From assembly GCA_965140585.1 (NCBI GenBank), contig OZ223269.1, positions 864,001 to 928,000 of the forward strand: a stretch of 64,000 nt of DNA, read 5' to 3'. Origin of the DNA: Spirochaetia bacterium. Lineage in GTDB: Bacteria; Spirochaetota; Spirochaetia; UBA9216. Position numbers and translations under genes: made by a program. The notes under the pieces are model-generated. The model was not told the DNA's origin and searched no databases. It worked only from the letters and a program-made list of their open reading frames with translations. This document shows positions 21,002-29,738 of the stretch, one piece after another; positions within the stretch are counted from its first letter, which is position 1; each line of letters begins with the position of its first letter.

Positions 21002-21994
21002 TCACACGAAGTATTTTCTAAGCATTTCTAACACTTTTTTGCGTATCTCTTCAAGTGGGAATTTACTCTTGAATCCTGCTGCTGTTTTATGACCGCCTCC
21101 TCCGAAAACCTGTGCAATAAAAGCAACATCAATATTACCTTTGGAACGAAGCGAACATCTGAGAATCCCCTCAAGATTTTCTTTAAAAAATATTGAAACC
21201 TTGATAGCCTCACTTTTTAAAGGCAGGTTTATCAGGGAGTCGGCCTCTTCATACATGGCACCGCTTTTAATAATGTCATCTTTGAGCATTGTTTGTATAG
21301 CAACATTGTGATCATAAAAGAACTCAAGAGTTGATAAAACTCTTGACTGAAGCATCAACGATGATATCGAATTGCTTTCATATAATTTTGAATATATGAA
21401 ATTAGGGTTAACCCCAAGACTTACACATCTTTCAGCAATAGAAAATGTTTTGGCTGTGGTTTTAGGATAGATAAAAGAACCTGTGTCATACACGATTCCC
21501 AGATAAAGTGCCTGTGCCATTGCAAGTGTAAGTTTCAGGTTCATGGCTTCAAAAAGCTCAAAAAGCATCTCGCATGTGGAAGAGGCTTCATTTTCAATAT
21601 GATTGGCTGATAAAACAGCATCACCGCCTTCATGATGATCAAAAATGAAAAAATCCTTAACTTTCGTGAGGATACAATCCTTTACAGCTCCGATATTATT
21701 AATATCGTTTGTATCAAGAATAATTAGAACCCAGTCTTTTATATCTTCAGGAAGAACGGCCTCATTGTTAAGAAGCTGAACTTCATCATCTGTATCGAGA
21801 AATCGGTATTTTTCTCCCATTGGATCGGCATTGAATATGATTGTTTGTTTACCTAAAGACCTGAGCGCATGACTGGCAGCTATTTCACTGCCTATTGCAT
21901 CTCCGTCTGGAGTTTCATGAGCGGTTAGTATAAATTTACTGTTGCTTTCGATAAAATCAATTATTGCCTGAAATCTCATTGCGTCTTTTTTCAT
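21002..21994 (-). CDS. nrnA: DHH/DHHA1 phosphoesterase (nanoRNase/pAp phosphatase NrnA)
   Basis: H..PDGDAIGS, DHH, DTGSF, SLRSK, GGGGHKTAAG. Confidence 0.92.
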   Translation of the reverse strand: MKKDAMRFQAIIDFIESNSKFILTAHETPDGDAIGSEIAASHALRSLGKQTIIFNADPMGEKYRFLDTDDEVQLLNNEAVLPEDIKDWVLIILDTNDINNIGAVKDCILTKVKDFFIFDHHEGGDAVLSANHIENEASSTCEMLFELFEAMNLKLTLAMAQALYLGIVYDTGSFIYPKTTAKTFSIAERCVSLGVNPNFIYSKLYESNSISSLMLQSRVLSTLEFFYDHNVAIQTMLKDDIIKSGAMYEEADSLINLPLKSEAIKVSIFFKENLEGILRCSLRSKGNIDVAFIAQVFGGGGHKTAAGFKSKFPLEEIRKKVLEMLRKYFV

Positions 21995-23120
21995 CCTTTT
22001 CAGCCGAAGCCCTGATGATATAATTTCTTATAATAATAAATGCTGCTACTGCTGCAGCAATAACTGCCAGAATTATTATAATTATAAGAAATTTTGAAGA
22101 AGTTTTGCTTCCATCTGCGGAATTATTTTGAATATTTTCACTGCTTTCCGTTGAAAATTTACCATTGTTTACTTCAATCTGATAATCAAAGACGGCAGGA
22201 ATAAATGGAGTATCACCAGAAAAGTTGAAGAGAAAAGAACCTGAATGTCTTCCGGGGGATAGTTCACTTGATAATTTAAGCGGTATTTTAACCTCTACAG
22301 AGGTTTCAGCTGGAATTTTTATTTCATAGGGTTCATCAAGAACTTCGTAGTTACTGCCCCGTTCCTGGTACAGTATTCTGCTGATCACCACAGTACGTTC
22401 ATCGCTGTATCCGTCACTCTCCAGACTGATATATATACTGTCATCTGAGACAGTAAAACCGGATGAAAGAATCCGTCCCAGGGTATCTTCTGCCGGAGTG
22501 GTTTCCGGAACATTACTGTTAAAATCAATTTCTTCATATGTGGTTAACAGCTCCTTTGAAAGCTCTTCAACAGCTGATTCACTGCCAACACCAAGAAGGA
22601 TGATTTTCCAGCCTTTTTTCTGAATAGTTTTTGTGTTTTCGAGAAAGTTATGATTAAAAGATCCGTCGGGGGAGTAGTATGGACTGTTTTCAGGAGCTTC
22701 CTGCTTTCCGTCTGTCAATAAAATAAGGTATTGTCTGCTGTTTTCAGTTTTATAAGCAGAAAGAGAATTTTCAAGGCTGTCCAAAGCATTCCCTATATCT
22801 GTAAAACGGCCGTCAGCTTTAAGGTTATGTAGATCATTTGATATCTGTTCAAGCCCCTTGAAGGTAAGTGTTTTATTAAAAACAACATCAGCCTTGCCAT
22901 AGAATTCAATTACAGTGAGATGGTCTCCCTCAATAAGAAAATTATCAATGAAATTTTCTATAATATACGCACTGACATCTTTAATTTTTTCAACCATCGA
23001 CTTGCTTTTATCAACAACAAGAAACATATCAATATTCTCAGTCCTTTTATCAGCATAGAGTGAGGCAGTGAGACCAGAAAATATTAATATAAAAAGAAAG
23101 AACTTGTATTTTTTAATCAT
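21957..23120 (-). CDS. vWA-domain membrane-anchored protein (TP0750-like)
   Basis: Signal peptide; MIDAS motif DKSKS, TDIG.AL, LLTDG; C-terminal TM helix. Confidence 0.85.
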   Translation of the reverse strand: MIKKYKFFLFILIFSGLTASLYADKRTENIDMFLVVDKSKSMVEKIKDVSAYIIENFIDNFLIEGDHLTVIEFYGKADVVFNKTLTFKGLEQISNDLHNLKADGRFTDIGNALDSLENSLSAYKTENSRQYLILLTDGKQEAPENSPYYSPDGSFNHNFLENTKTIQKKGWKIILLGVGSESAVEELSKELLTTYEEIDFNSNVPETTPAEDTLGRILSSGFTVSDDSIYISLESDGYSDERTVVISRILYQERGSNYEVLDEPYEIKIPAETSVEVKIPLKLSSELSPGRHSGSFLFNFSGDTPFIPAVFDYQIEVNNGKFSTESSENIQNNSADGSKTSSKFLIIIIILAVIAAAVAAFIIIRNYIIRASAEKDEKRRNEISGNN

Positions 23121-23267
23121 AATAACATTTACCCTTCGGCTTTATAGTAACATGTTGTTTTTTTATAAAAAAGCATTAAAACTTATTAAAAAAAAAAAAA
23201 ACGTACTTTACATATCAGTAATCTTATTGATAATCTGTATAGATATAAGAGAATTAAGGAGAGTAAA

Positions 23268-25331
23268 ATGGGAAGCATAGATCTACCTAAAAGTCCAATG
23301 GTATTCCATCCTGAAAAGAGGAGTGCGGTGGGCTCCAGGAACTCTCTCGCTCAGGAAAGCAGGGACCAGCAGGCAGAAGTAGAAAGACTGCTCGAAGAAG
23401 AAGTAGATAAAGTCGTTAACCATATCAATGCCAAACTACCTGAAGACGTCCTCTCTAAATTGGATGTCATGGGTGGCTTAAAAGAGAAAGTTTATAACTA
23501 TTTCAACCAGAACTACCAGAATATGTTCAACCGTTACATAGTTACAACTGAAGATGAAATGGTTAAAAAGGTAAGAAACTTCATTGATAAAGAAGAAATG
23601 AAAGTTCTTACCAGGTACACCCCCAAAGAAATAGCAGCGCTGCTTGAAGAAGTAGGCGGTATGGACAGATTCAATACCGGTGAAATTGAGAAATCAATTG
23701 TTAATATGTATGGTCACCTTCAGGGGCATATACAGAGAGGTATGAATGATCTTGAAAACCTTACCAACTCACTCCTTAGACAGAAAACCGACGTTGGTGC
23801 TTTCATAAGAGGCGAGAATGCTTATTCGGTAGTTAAATGTTCATTCAAGGACAGTATCGAGAAACCAAAGACTGTATGCAACGTAAAGCTTTCAGTTAAC
23901 ATACTCGATTCCGAGCTTATAAGTCCTATTTTTCACTATCAGGCTACAGTTGAGTACTTAATCAAAGACCTTGTTTCAAAGCAGATTATTGATGCAATTG
24001 ACAAGGAAATTGAGAATCTTAAGGATGAAAGACTTGATAAGGGTCTTGAAGAACTTAATGACAGTGAAATCATCTTTCAGAAGATGGGTCGTGTAGAAAA
24101 TCATACCGCTGATGAAGTAAACAATGCAAAATCAAACAGGTATAAGTACATTGCCAAGAACATCATGGAAAAGGTTGAAGGCCTTAGAGCTGAGATTGAT
24201 CCTAATGAGTTCGATCCTCTGAACATCCGTGAAAATCTTAAGAAAATCATGGATATAGAAAATATCAGAAACAGAGGCTACAACACAGCAGTTAATTCAA
24301 TTACAAGTATTCTTGATACTTCAAAAATGGGTTATCAGTATATCGAGAACCTCAAAAATGCAAGAGAACTTGTGATTAGAGAGTATGAAGATACAGATGC
24401 AGCAATTCTTCCTGATGAAAGATATAACATCCGTCTCAAATACTACGACAATGCCCAGCTTATCGAAGAAAGAAAAGCTTATGATGTTCAGGTAAAATCT
24501 TTCGAGGTTGAAGTTGAACATGTATGGGATGTTCTTGAAATGGTTTACAGCGACGGTAAGAGATTCAAAGGTGTTGTTGATTTTAAAGATCTTTCCGACA
24601 GATACAAGAATAAAATAAAGAAGAACATCAAGGCAAAAACCGGTGATCCTCTCTACGAAGACATTGAAAAGAGCTGGGATGAAATATCTTTTGTAAGCGC
24701 AGCTGAAACTGAAGTTGAAAAAATGAACAGAACCTATGTTCTGGAAAAAGATAAACTTAAGAAAAAGCTTATTCTTATGAGAGACAAACTTCAGGATATG
24801 TACAGCTATAAGTACCCGATTCAGAGACGAGTACTTGAAGACAGACTTACTTTTCTCGAAGCTGAGTTCAATAAATTTGATTATCTTATCAATCCTTATC
24901 ATATTCAGCCAGGACTTCTTCTTGATGTTGATATTACTTCAATTAAAAGAAAGAAAGCTACTTTGGACGGTATGGCAAATGTTCTTAATGAATTCCTTCA
25001 TGGTGTTTCCAAAGGGTTCCAGGATGCGGCATTTGCAGCGTTCTCAAGAAGACGTTCTACTGTAAGAGAAGATATTGATATGAGTTTTGCTTCTGATCTT
25101 GCTGAAGATGATATGCTTAAGCAGAAATCTTTAGGTGAATCATATCTTGATATGCTTAATTCACCGGATGACAGTCCTGCACTGGCCGACACTACAATCA
25201 AAACAAAGCCTAAGGCTCCTGCTAAAAAGGCTGCACCGAAAACTAAAGCCAAGTCTAAGGGTGTTGTTGACAACGACAAGACTAAAACAAGGCGGGGCAG
25301 ACCAAGAAGATCAAATCTGGATACAATCTAA
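23268..25331 (+). CDS. cfpA: Cytoplasmic filament protein A
   Basis: [23 protein letters not shown]-terminus and AF.RRRSTV motif recalled from treponemal CfpA; strong AAGGAG SD. Confidence 0.92.
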   Translation: MGSIDLPKSPMVFHPEKRSAVGSRNSLAQESRDQQAEVERLLEEEVDKVVNHINAKLPEDVLSKLDVMGGLKEKVYNYFNQNYQNMFNRYIVTTEDEMVKKVRNFIDKEEMKVLTRYTPKEIAALLEEVGGMDRFNTGEIEKSIVNMYGHLQGHIQRGMNDLENLTNSLLRQKTDVGAFIRGENAYSVVKCSFKDSIEKPKTVCNVKLSVNILDSELISPIFHYQATVEYLIKDLVSKQIIDAIDKEIENLKDERLDKGLEELNDSEIIFQKMGRVENHTADEVNNAKSNRYKYIAKNIMEKVEGLRAEIDPNEFDPLNIRENLKKIMDIENIRNRGYNTAVNSITSILDTSKMGYQYIENLKNARELVIREYEDTDAAILPDERYNIRLKYYDNAQLIEERKAYDVQVKSFEVEVEHVWDVLEMVYSDGKRFKGVVDFKDLSDRYKNKIKKNIKAKTGDPLYEDIEKSWDEISFVSAAETEVEKMNRTYVLEKDKLKKKLILMRDKLQDMYSYKYPIQRRVLEDRLTFLEAEFNKFDYLINPYHIQPGLLLDVDITSIKRKKATLDGMANVLNEFLHGVSKGFQDAAFAAFSRRRSTVREDIDMSFASDLAEDDMLKQKSLGESYLDMLNSPDDSPALADTTIKTKPKAPAKKAAPKTKAKSKGVVDNDKTKTRRGRPRRSNLDTI

Positions 25332-25342
25332 CAAAAAATGCA

Positions 25343-25370
25343 GCCCCTCAATTTTTGAGGGGCATTTTTT
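25343..25370 (+). terminator. Intrinsic terminator after cfpA
   Basis: GCCCCTCAA-ttt-TTGAGGGGC hairpin followed by ATTTTTT. Confidence 0.8.
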
Positions 25371-25384
25371 ACCGAGGGAACATA

Positions 25385-26407
25385 ATGAACGATACTTTAC
25401 GCGTCTATGATCATCTGTCTGACAGGAATGGTTTTAATAATGCATTAATTCATTTTCAGTCTGTAATGGGTATTATCGGCGATTTTGAAGATGGATACAA
25501 TCTGGCTGATATATTGAATGATCTTGTGAATGAGAAGGAAATTAAGCAGGATCAGATGCCGTCGATAGTGAGTGCACTTCTCGTTGATAAATATTCCTAC
25601 AACTTTAAATCCGGTAATTTTATAAACAGTTTAATTGATTTTGAATATATCGCTTCTTCATTGGAGAAGCTTAAATCCTATGATTTACTGATTTCTTATA
25701 TCCACCCGGAGCTTGGATATAATGTGATAAATCCTAAGAATCCTGATAGCTGGAAAAATGTCTCAGAGTTTAGAAAAAATGAATATTTCACAGTGTATGC
25801 CGGCAAATTCACTGATGACATGACCAACTCTAAAGAGGCTGAAATGTTAATTCAGAAGGTTTTTGACCTTTTTGAGGGCAAAAAACTTAAACTTCCTGAA
25901 AATCTATTAAAAGGTAAGTATAAGTTTAAGACTCTTTCAGAGGAACCGGAGAAGAAGGCTGCACCGAAGAAAGTAGCCAAGAATCCGGTTAAAAAGACTT
26001 CAGCTTCCCAAAAAGCCGAAACATCATATCAGGATGAAGAACATGAAGAGGTCGCAGCCAGCGGACCTGTGAATACTTCAAAAATGACACCTTTATATTC
26101 AGTTCCGGTAACCAATGAACTCTTTCATAATGGTAATGTCGAAGCCTGGAAAAGGATAATTCAAAGTTTTAAAGTTAAAAACCCAGACCTCGAAGTATAT
26201 ATATTTTATGATGGTGAAAGAATTCAGAATATTGCATCATTGTTTAAATGGGGTAAAGTTAAACATGGAAGTGCTATTCTGTTTGCTGTAGCAGGTGAAA
26301 ATATTCAGGATGTTGCAAAACTTCAGAAATATTTAAAACAGGGAGCGAGCCCTCAGTTTGAAGCCTTCTTAAGGTTTCCGGTTAATACTGTTTTAAATCT
26401 CTTCTAA
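25385..26407 (+). CDS. Conserved spirochaetal protein (TP0747-like position) with a C-terminal HPr-like domain
   Basis: ATG 25385 after GAGGGA SD; K/A/P-rich linker; C-terminal ~90 aa align by eye with the HPr pattern (VTNELFH...G.V.HG..I...V.GEN). Confidence 0.65.
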   Translation: MNDTLRVYDHLSDRNGFNNALIHFQSVMGIIGDFEDGYNLADILNDLVNEKEIKQDQMPSIVSALLVDKYSYNFKSGNFINSLIDFEYIASSLEKLKSYDLLISYIHPELGYNVINPKNPDSWKNVSEFRKNEYFTVYAGKFTDDMTNSKEAEMLIQKVFDLFEGKKLKLPENLLKGKYKFKTLSEEPEKKAAPKKVAKNPVKKTSASQKAETSYQDEEHEEVAASGPVNTSKMTPLYSVPVTNELFHNGNVEAWKRIIQSFKVKNPDLEVYIFYDGERIQNIASLFKWGKVKHGSAILFAVAGENIQDVAKLQKYLKQGASPQFEAFLRFPVNTVLNLF

Positions 26408-26423
26408 TAATAAGGGTTATTTC

Positions 26424-29060
26424 ATGGATATCAAATCGAATATATATTTTATCAGTAAGAATAAATCATCAAAAAACGCACCTGATCAGAATAAGATAGG
26501 AATCAGAGGGCAGCAGACTTATGACCTCATTTCTATGGGAATGCCTGTAGTTCCCGGTGTAATACTCGGAACAGAAATAACTTCAAATCTTGATGATGTT
26601 GATGCAGTTATTGATGCTCTTAATCCCTTTTTTAATGATTATACAAAAGAAAGCGGTAAAACCTTCAATAGTGATAAAAATCCGATGCTTCTTAAACTGG
26701 TTATCAGTTCAAATCTTGCTATAGCAAGGTATCCTGTCCTTCATAATTTCGGACTTGCGGATAACACGTTTGAAGGCTTCAGTGAGTTTGTAGGTAAAGA
26801 TTTCGCATATCAGGAAATTCTTTTTATGCTCAACGGTATTTACGCTATTGAAGAAAGAATTGCTGAACTTAATGAAGATACTAAACTTGCTAATAAATAT
26901 CATCAGTACATAAAGGAAACCGGACGTTTTCTTAGTAAGAACATGAAGGCTGATGAATGTAAGAAATATCTTGAACAGAAAAAGAAAGAACTTCCTGAAG
27001 AGCTTTTCAGTACCGCCAGGACTCAGCTTGCAGCAGTTTTAAAACGTATAAGCTACTTGATTAAACTGGAAGACAGTGAAAATACCGGTGTTGCAGTTCT
27101 TATTCAGCCTATGGTTTACGGAAACTATGGTAAAGACAGCTATTCAGGATATTTCACTACAAGAAATACAATTACCGGGAATGGTGTTCTCGAAGGTGAA
27201 TATTTTACAAATAAATTTAATTCACCGGAATCAAGCGGAAAATCGATCAAAAATATTGATAAAAAATACCTTAAACAGTTTGAAGATATAGCCTTAAAAC
27301 TTGAAACTACATATCTTGATATCAGGAAAATTGGTTTTACTATTGAAAACGGAAGACTGTCGCTAATAAATCAAAATCCGATCAGTGAAAAATCAACCAG
27401 GGCTGATATTCAGCTTCTTCTGGACCTTAAAAATAAAAAACTTATAAATGATACTCAGGTTATTAATGCAATAAAACCTTCTGAACTAAATGAGCTTCTG
27501 CACCCGGTTATAGATCTTGATTCGGTAAAATCCATGCCGAAGGTAGAAGGCGGTATTTCTGGTGCTCCCGGCGCCGCAGTCGGAAGGGTCTTCTTTTCTA
27601 CTGAGGGACTTATTGAAGAGTATAAAACTTCAAGAATGAATGATATTGATGACAGATTGATTTTGTGTCTTACATCCAGTTTTGCAGAAGATGTAAAGGC
27701 AATAGAAATTGCTACCGGCGTACTTTCTTCCGAAGGCGGCTATTCGGCTCATGCTTCAGTAGTTGCAAGACAGTACGGTAAAGTATCGCTTGTTAATCCT
27801 GATATTAAAATTAGCGGTAAAAAGGCGACAATAGGCGGCAAGACTATTAAAGAAGGTGATTTCATAACTCTCAATGTTCCTGAATTTGATACCCCCTCAA
27901 TCGTATGGGGTAAAGCTCAGCTTATAAAACCGGATCCTGCCAAGAACGGTCTGATAGATTTCCTTAAAATTGTGAAAGAAAATATAAAAGGATTTGATAT
28001 CCGCGCAAACTGTGATAAGGCTGCAGATGCAAAACTTGCTCTTGCATTCGGTGCGGACGGAATCGGGTTATGCAGAACAGAGCATATGTTTTTCGATGAA
28101 AAACGTATCAATGTGTTTCGTGAAATGATTTTTGCCGAGACCTCTGAAGAGAGAGCAAAAGTTCTTAAAAAACTTAAACAGATGCAGAAGAAGGACTTTC
28201 AGGATCTGTTTAAGGTAATGAACGGAAAGGAAATTAATATCCGCCTTCTTGATGCACCTCTGCATGAATTTCTACCCCATAATACTGCTGAGGTAAAAGC
28301 ATTTCTCGATTACCTTAAAACTTCCGGGACGAAAATTACTGAAAAACAGCTTAGGGAAAAATCAGAAAATTTAAAAGAATTCAATCCCATGCTTGGTCAC
28401 AGAGGATGCAGAATAGCAATCAGTTATCCGGAAATTTATCAGATGCAGATCGAATCAATCTTTGAGGCTGCTTACGCTGTTAAATCAAAAGGTGTAGATG
28501 TAAAACCTGAAATAATGATACCGCTGATTATGAATGAAACTGAGCTTAAAATGATTCTTTACGGAAAAAAAATCGAGGGTTCTCATTATAAAGGGCTTGT
28601 TGAAATAGAGCAGAACGTACGTGAACGGCTGAAAGTAAAACCGGTTGATTATAAAGTCGGAACAATGATTGAACTTCCTGCAGCGGCTCTGTCTGCTGAT
28701 AATATTGCAAGATATGCACAATTTTTCTCTTTCGGCACCAATGATCTTACACAGACAACATTAGGTCTCTCAAGAGATGATTTTACTTCATTTATGCCTG
28801 ACTATACACTTTACGATATTATGAGCGGTAATCCTTTCAGGACACTGGAACGGCCTGTAAAAGAACTTATTGCTACCGCCGTTCAGCGGGGAACTATAAC
28901 AAGGCCTGACCTTAAGAAGGGACTTTGCGGAGAACATGGAGCAGCACCCGAGAATATTGAGTTCTGTATTGAAAACGGACTTGATTATGTATCATGTTCA
29001 ACCTATTCAGTACCTATTGCTGCTCTTGCAACGGCTCAGGCGCTGCTTAAGACGAATTAG
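26424..29060 (+). CDS. ppdK: Pyruvate phosphate dikinase-like protein with degenerate nucleotide-binding domain
   Basis: Three-domain PPDK layout; GGYSAHASVVAR phospho-His loop; GLCRTEHMF, RLLD.PLHEFLP, NPMLGHRGCR, SFGTNDLTQ, GLCGEH; N-terminal ATP-site motifs altered. Confidence 0.85.
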   Translation: MDIKSNIYFISKNKSSKNAPDQNKIGIRGQQTYDLISMGMPVVPGVILGTEITSNLDDVDAVIDALNPFFNDYTKESGKTFNSDKNPMLLKLVISSNLAIARYPVLHNFGLADNTFEGFSEFVGKDFAYQEILFMLNGIYAIEERIAELNEDTKLANKYHQYIKETGRFLSKNMKADECKKYLEQKKKELPEELFSTARTQLAAVLKRISYLIKLEDSENTGVAVLIQPMVYGNYGKDSYSGYFTTRNTITGNGVLEGEYFTNKFNSPESSGKSIKNIDKKYLKQFEDIALKLETTYLDIRKIGFTIENGRLSLINQNPISEKSTRADIQLLLDLKNKKLINDTQVINAIKPSELNELLHPVIDLDSVKSMPKVEGGISGAPGAAVGRVFFSTEGLIEEYKTSRMNDIDDRLILCLTSSFAEDVKAIEIATGVLSSEGGYSAHASVVARQYGKVSLVNPDIKISGKKATIGGKTIKEGDFITLNVPEFDTPSIVWGKAQLIKPDPAKNGLIDFLKIVKENIKGFDIRANCDKAADAKLALAFGADGIGLCRTEHMFFDEKRINVFREMIFAETSEERAKVLKKLKQMQKKDFQDLFKVMNGKEINIRLLDAPLHEFLPHNTAEVKAFLDYLKTSGTKITEKQLREKSENLKEFNPMLGHRGCRIAISYPEIYQMQIESIFEAAYAVKSKGVDVKPEIMIPLIMNETELKMILYGKKIEGSHYKGLVEIEQNVRERLKVKPVDYKVGTMIELPAAALSADNIARYAQFFSFGTNDLTQTTLGLSRDDFTSFMPDYTLYDIMSGNPFRTLERPVKELIATAVQRGTITRPDLKKGLCGEHGAAPENIEFCIENGLDYVSCSTYSVPIAALATAQALLKTN

Positions 29061-29076
29061 AAGCATAAATATACAG

Positions 29077-29123
29077 AAATAAAAAAGGGGCATCTTTTAA
29101 ATAAGAAAGCCCCTTTTTTATTT
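29077..29123. terminator. Bidirectional intrinsic terminator
   Basis: 15-bp inverted repeat AAATAAAAAAGGGGC / GCCCCTTTTTTATTT between convergent genes. Confidence 0.85.
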
Positions 29124-29137
29124 AGATAAATAAGGTT

Positions 29138-29686
29138 TTAGAAAGTACCGAAATTCTTTACGCCTTCAATCACCATCTTGGCAGCCTGTTCTGAATCTCT
29201 TTTGGGTACCTGACATTCTCTGTTAAAGGTCTGTACAAAGAAAAACTCCAATGTTTCGAAAACTTCCGGTTGATGATAAAAACATAAAGCAAAATTGATA
29301 CCGGTTGGTTTAAGAATAGTAAATGATGAATAAGTTATAATTGGCTTTTTAGGAACCATAATTTTATACTGGTTCTTTGAATTATGAATGTTAAGCTCAT
29401 TAAATCTGAACGGAATAGATTTACCGTATTCCCTGGAAACCGGTTCGATATATTTCTTGGGATACATTGAAGGTTCAACCAGTATGTACAGTTTACTTCC
29501 GTCAGTCTGAAATGTAAGACCTTCACCGCTTAAACTGATATTTTTAACTCCTGCATAGGCTACGACTTCATAAATTGCATATGGGGAATTGTTACTGAAA
29601 AATGAAGAAACAATATAACCGCCGTCCTGCGGAAGTTTACCTTCATTGTATGCCTGAAATAAATCGAGTGCTTTTACGTTACCCAT
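29138..29686 (-). CDS. Hypothetical cytoplasmic protein
   Basis: 182-aa ORF with strong AGGAGG SD; no motif recognised. Confidence 0.75.
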   Translation of the reverse strand: MGNVKALDLFQAYNEGKLPQDGGYIVSSFFSNNSPYAIYEVVAYAGVKNISLSGEGLTFQTDGSKLYILVEPSMYPKKYIEPVSREYGKSIPFRFNELNIHNSKNQYKIMVPKKPIITYSSFTILKPTGINFALCFYHQPEVFETLEFFFVQTFNRECQVPKRDSEQAAKMVIEGVKNFGTF

Positions 29687-29738
29687 GCCATCCTCCTGTA
29701 ATTATTATAGAATGAACAACTTTATTACGCAATAAAGT

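Noticed and set aside
24321-24902. 193-aa antisense ORF within cfpA and other short shadow ORFs in core genes
   Set aside because: They lie fully inside well-supported genes, have no motifs or SD, and reflect codon bias of the real strand.
26424-29060. ppdK as a decaying pseudogene
   Set aside because: Full-length uninterrupted ORF; changes are concentrated on ATP/Pi-site residues while the other domains are well conserved.
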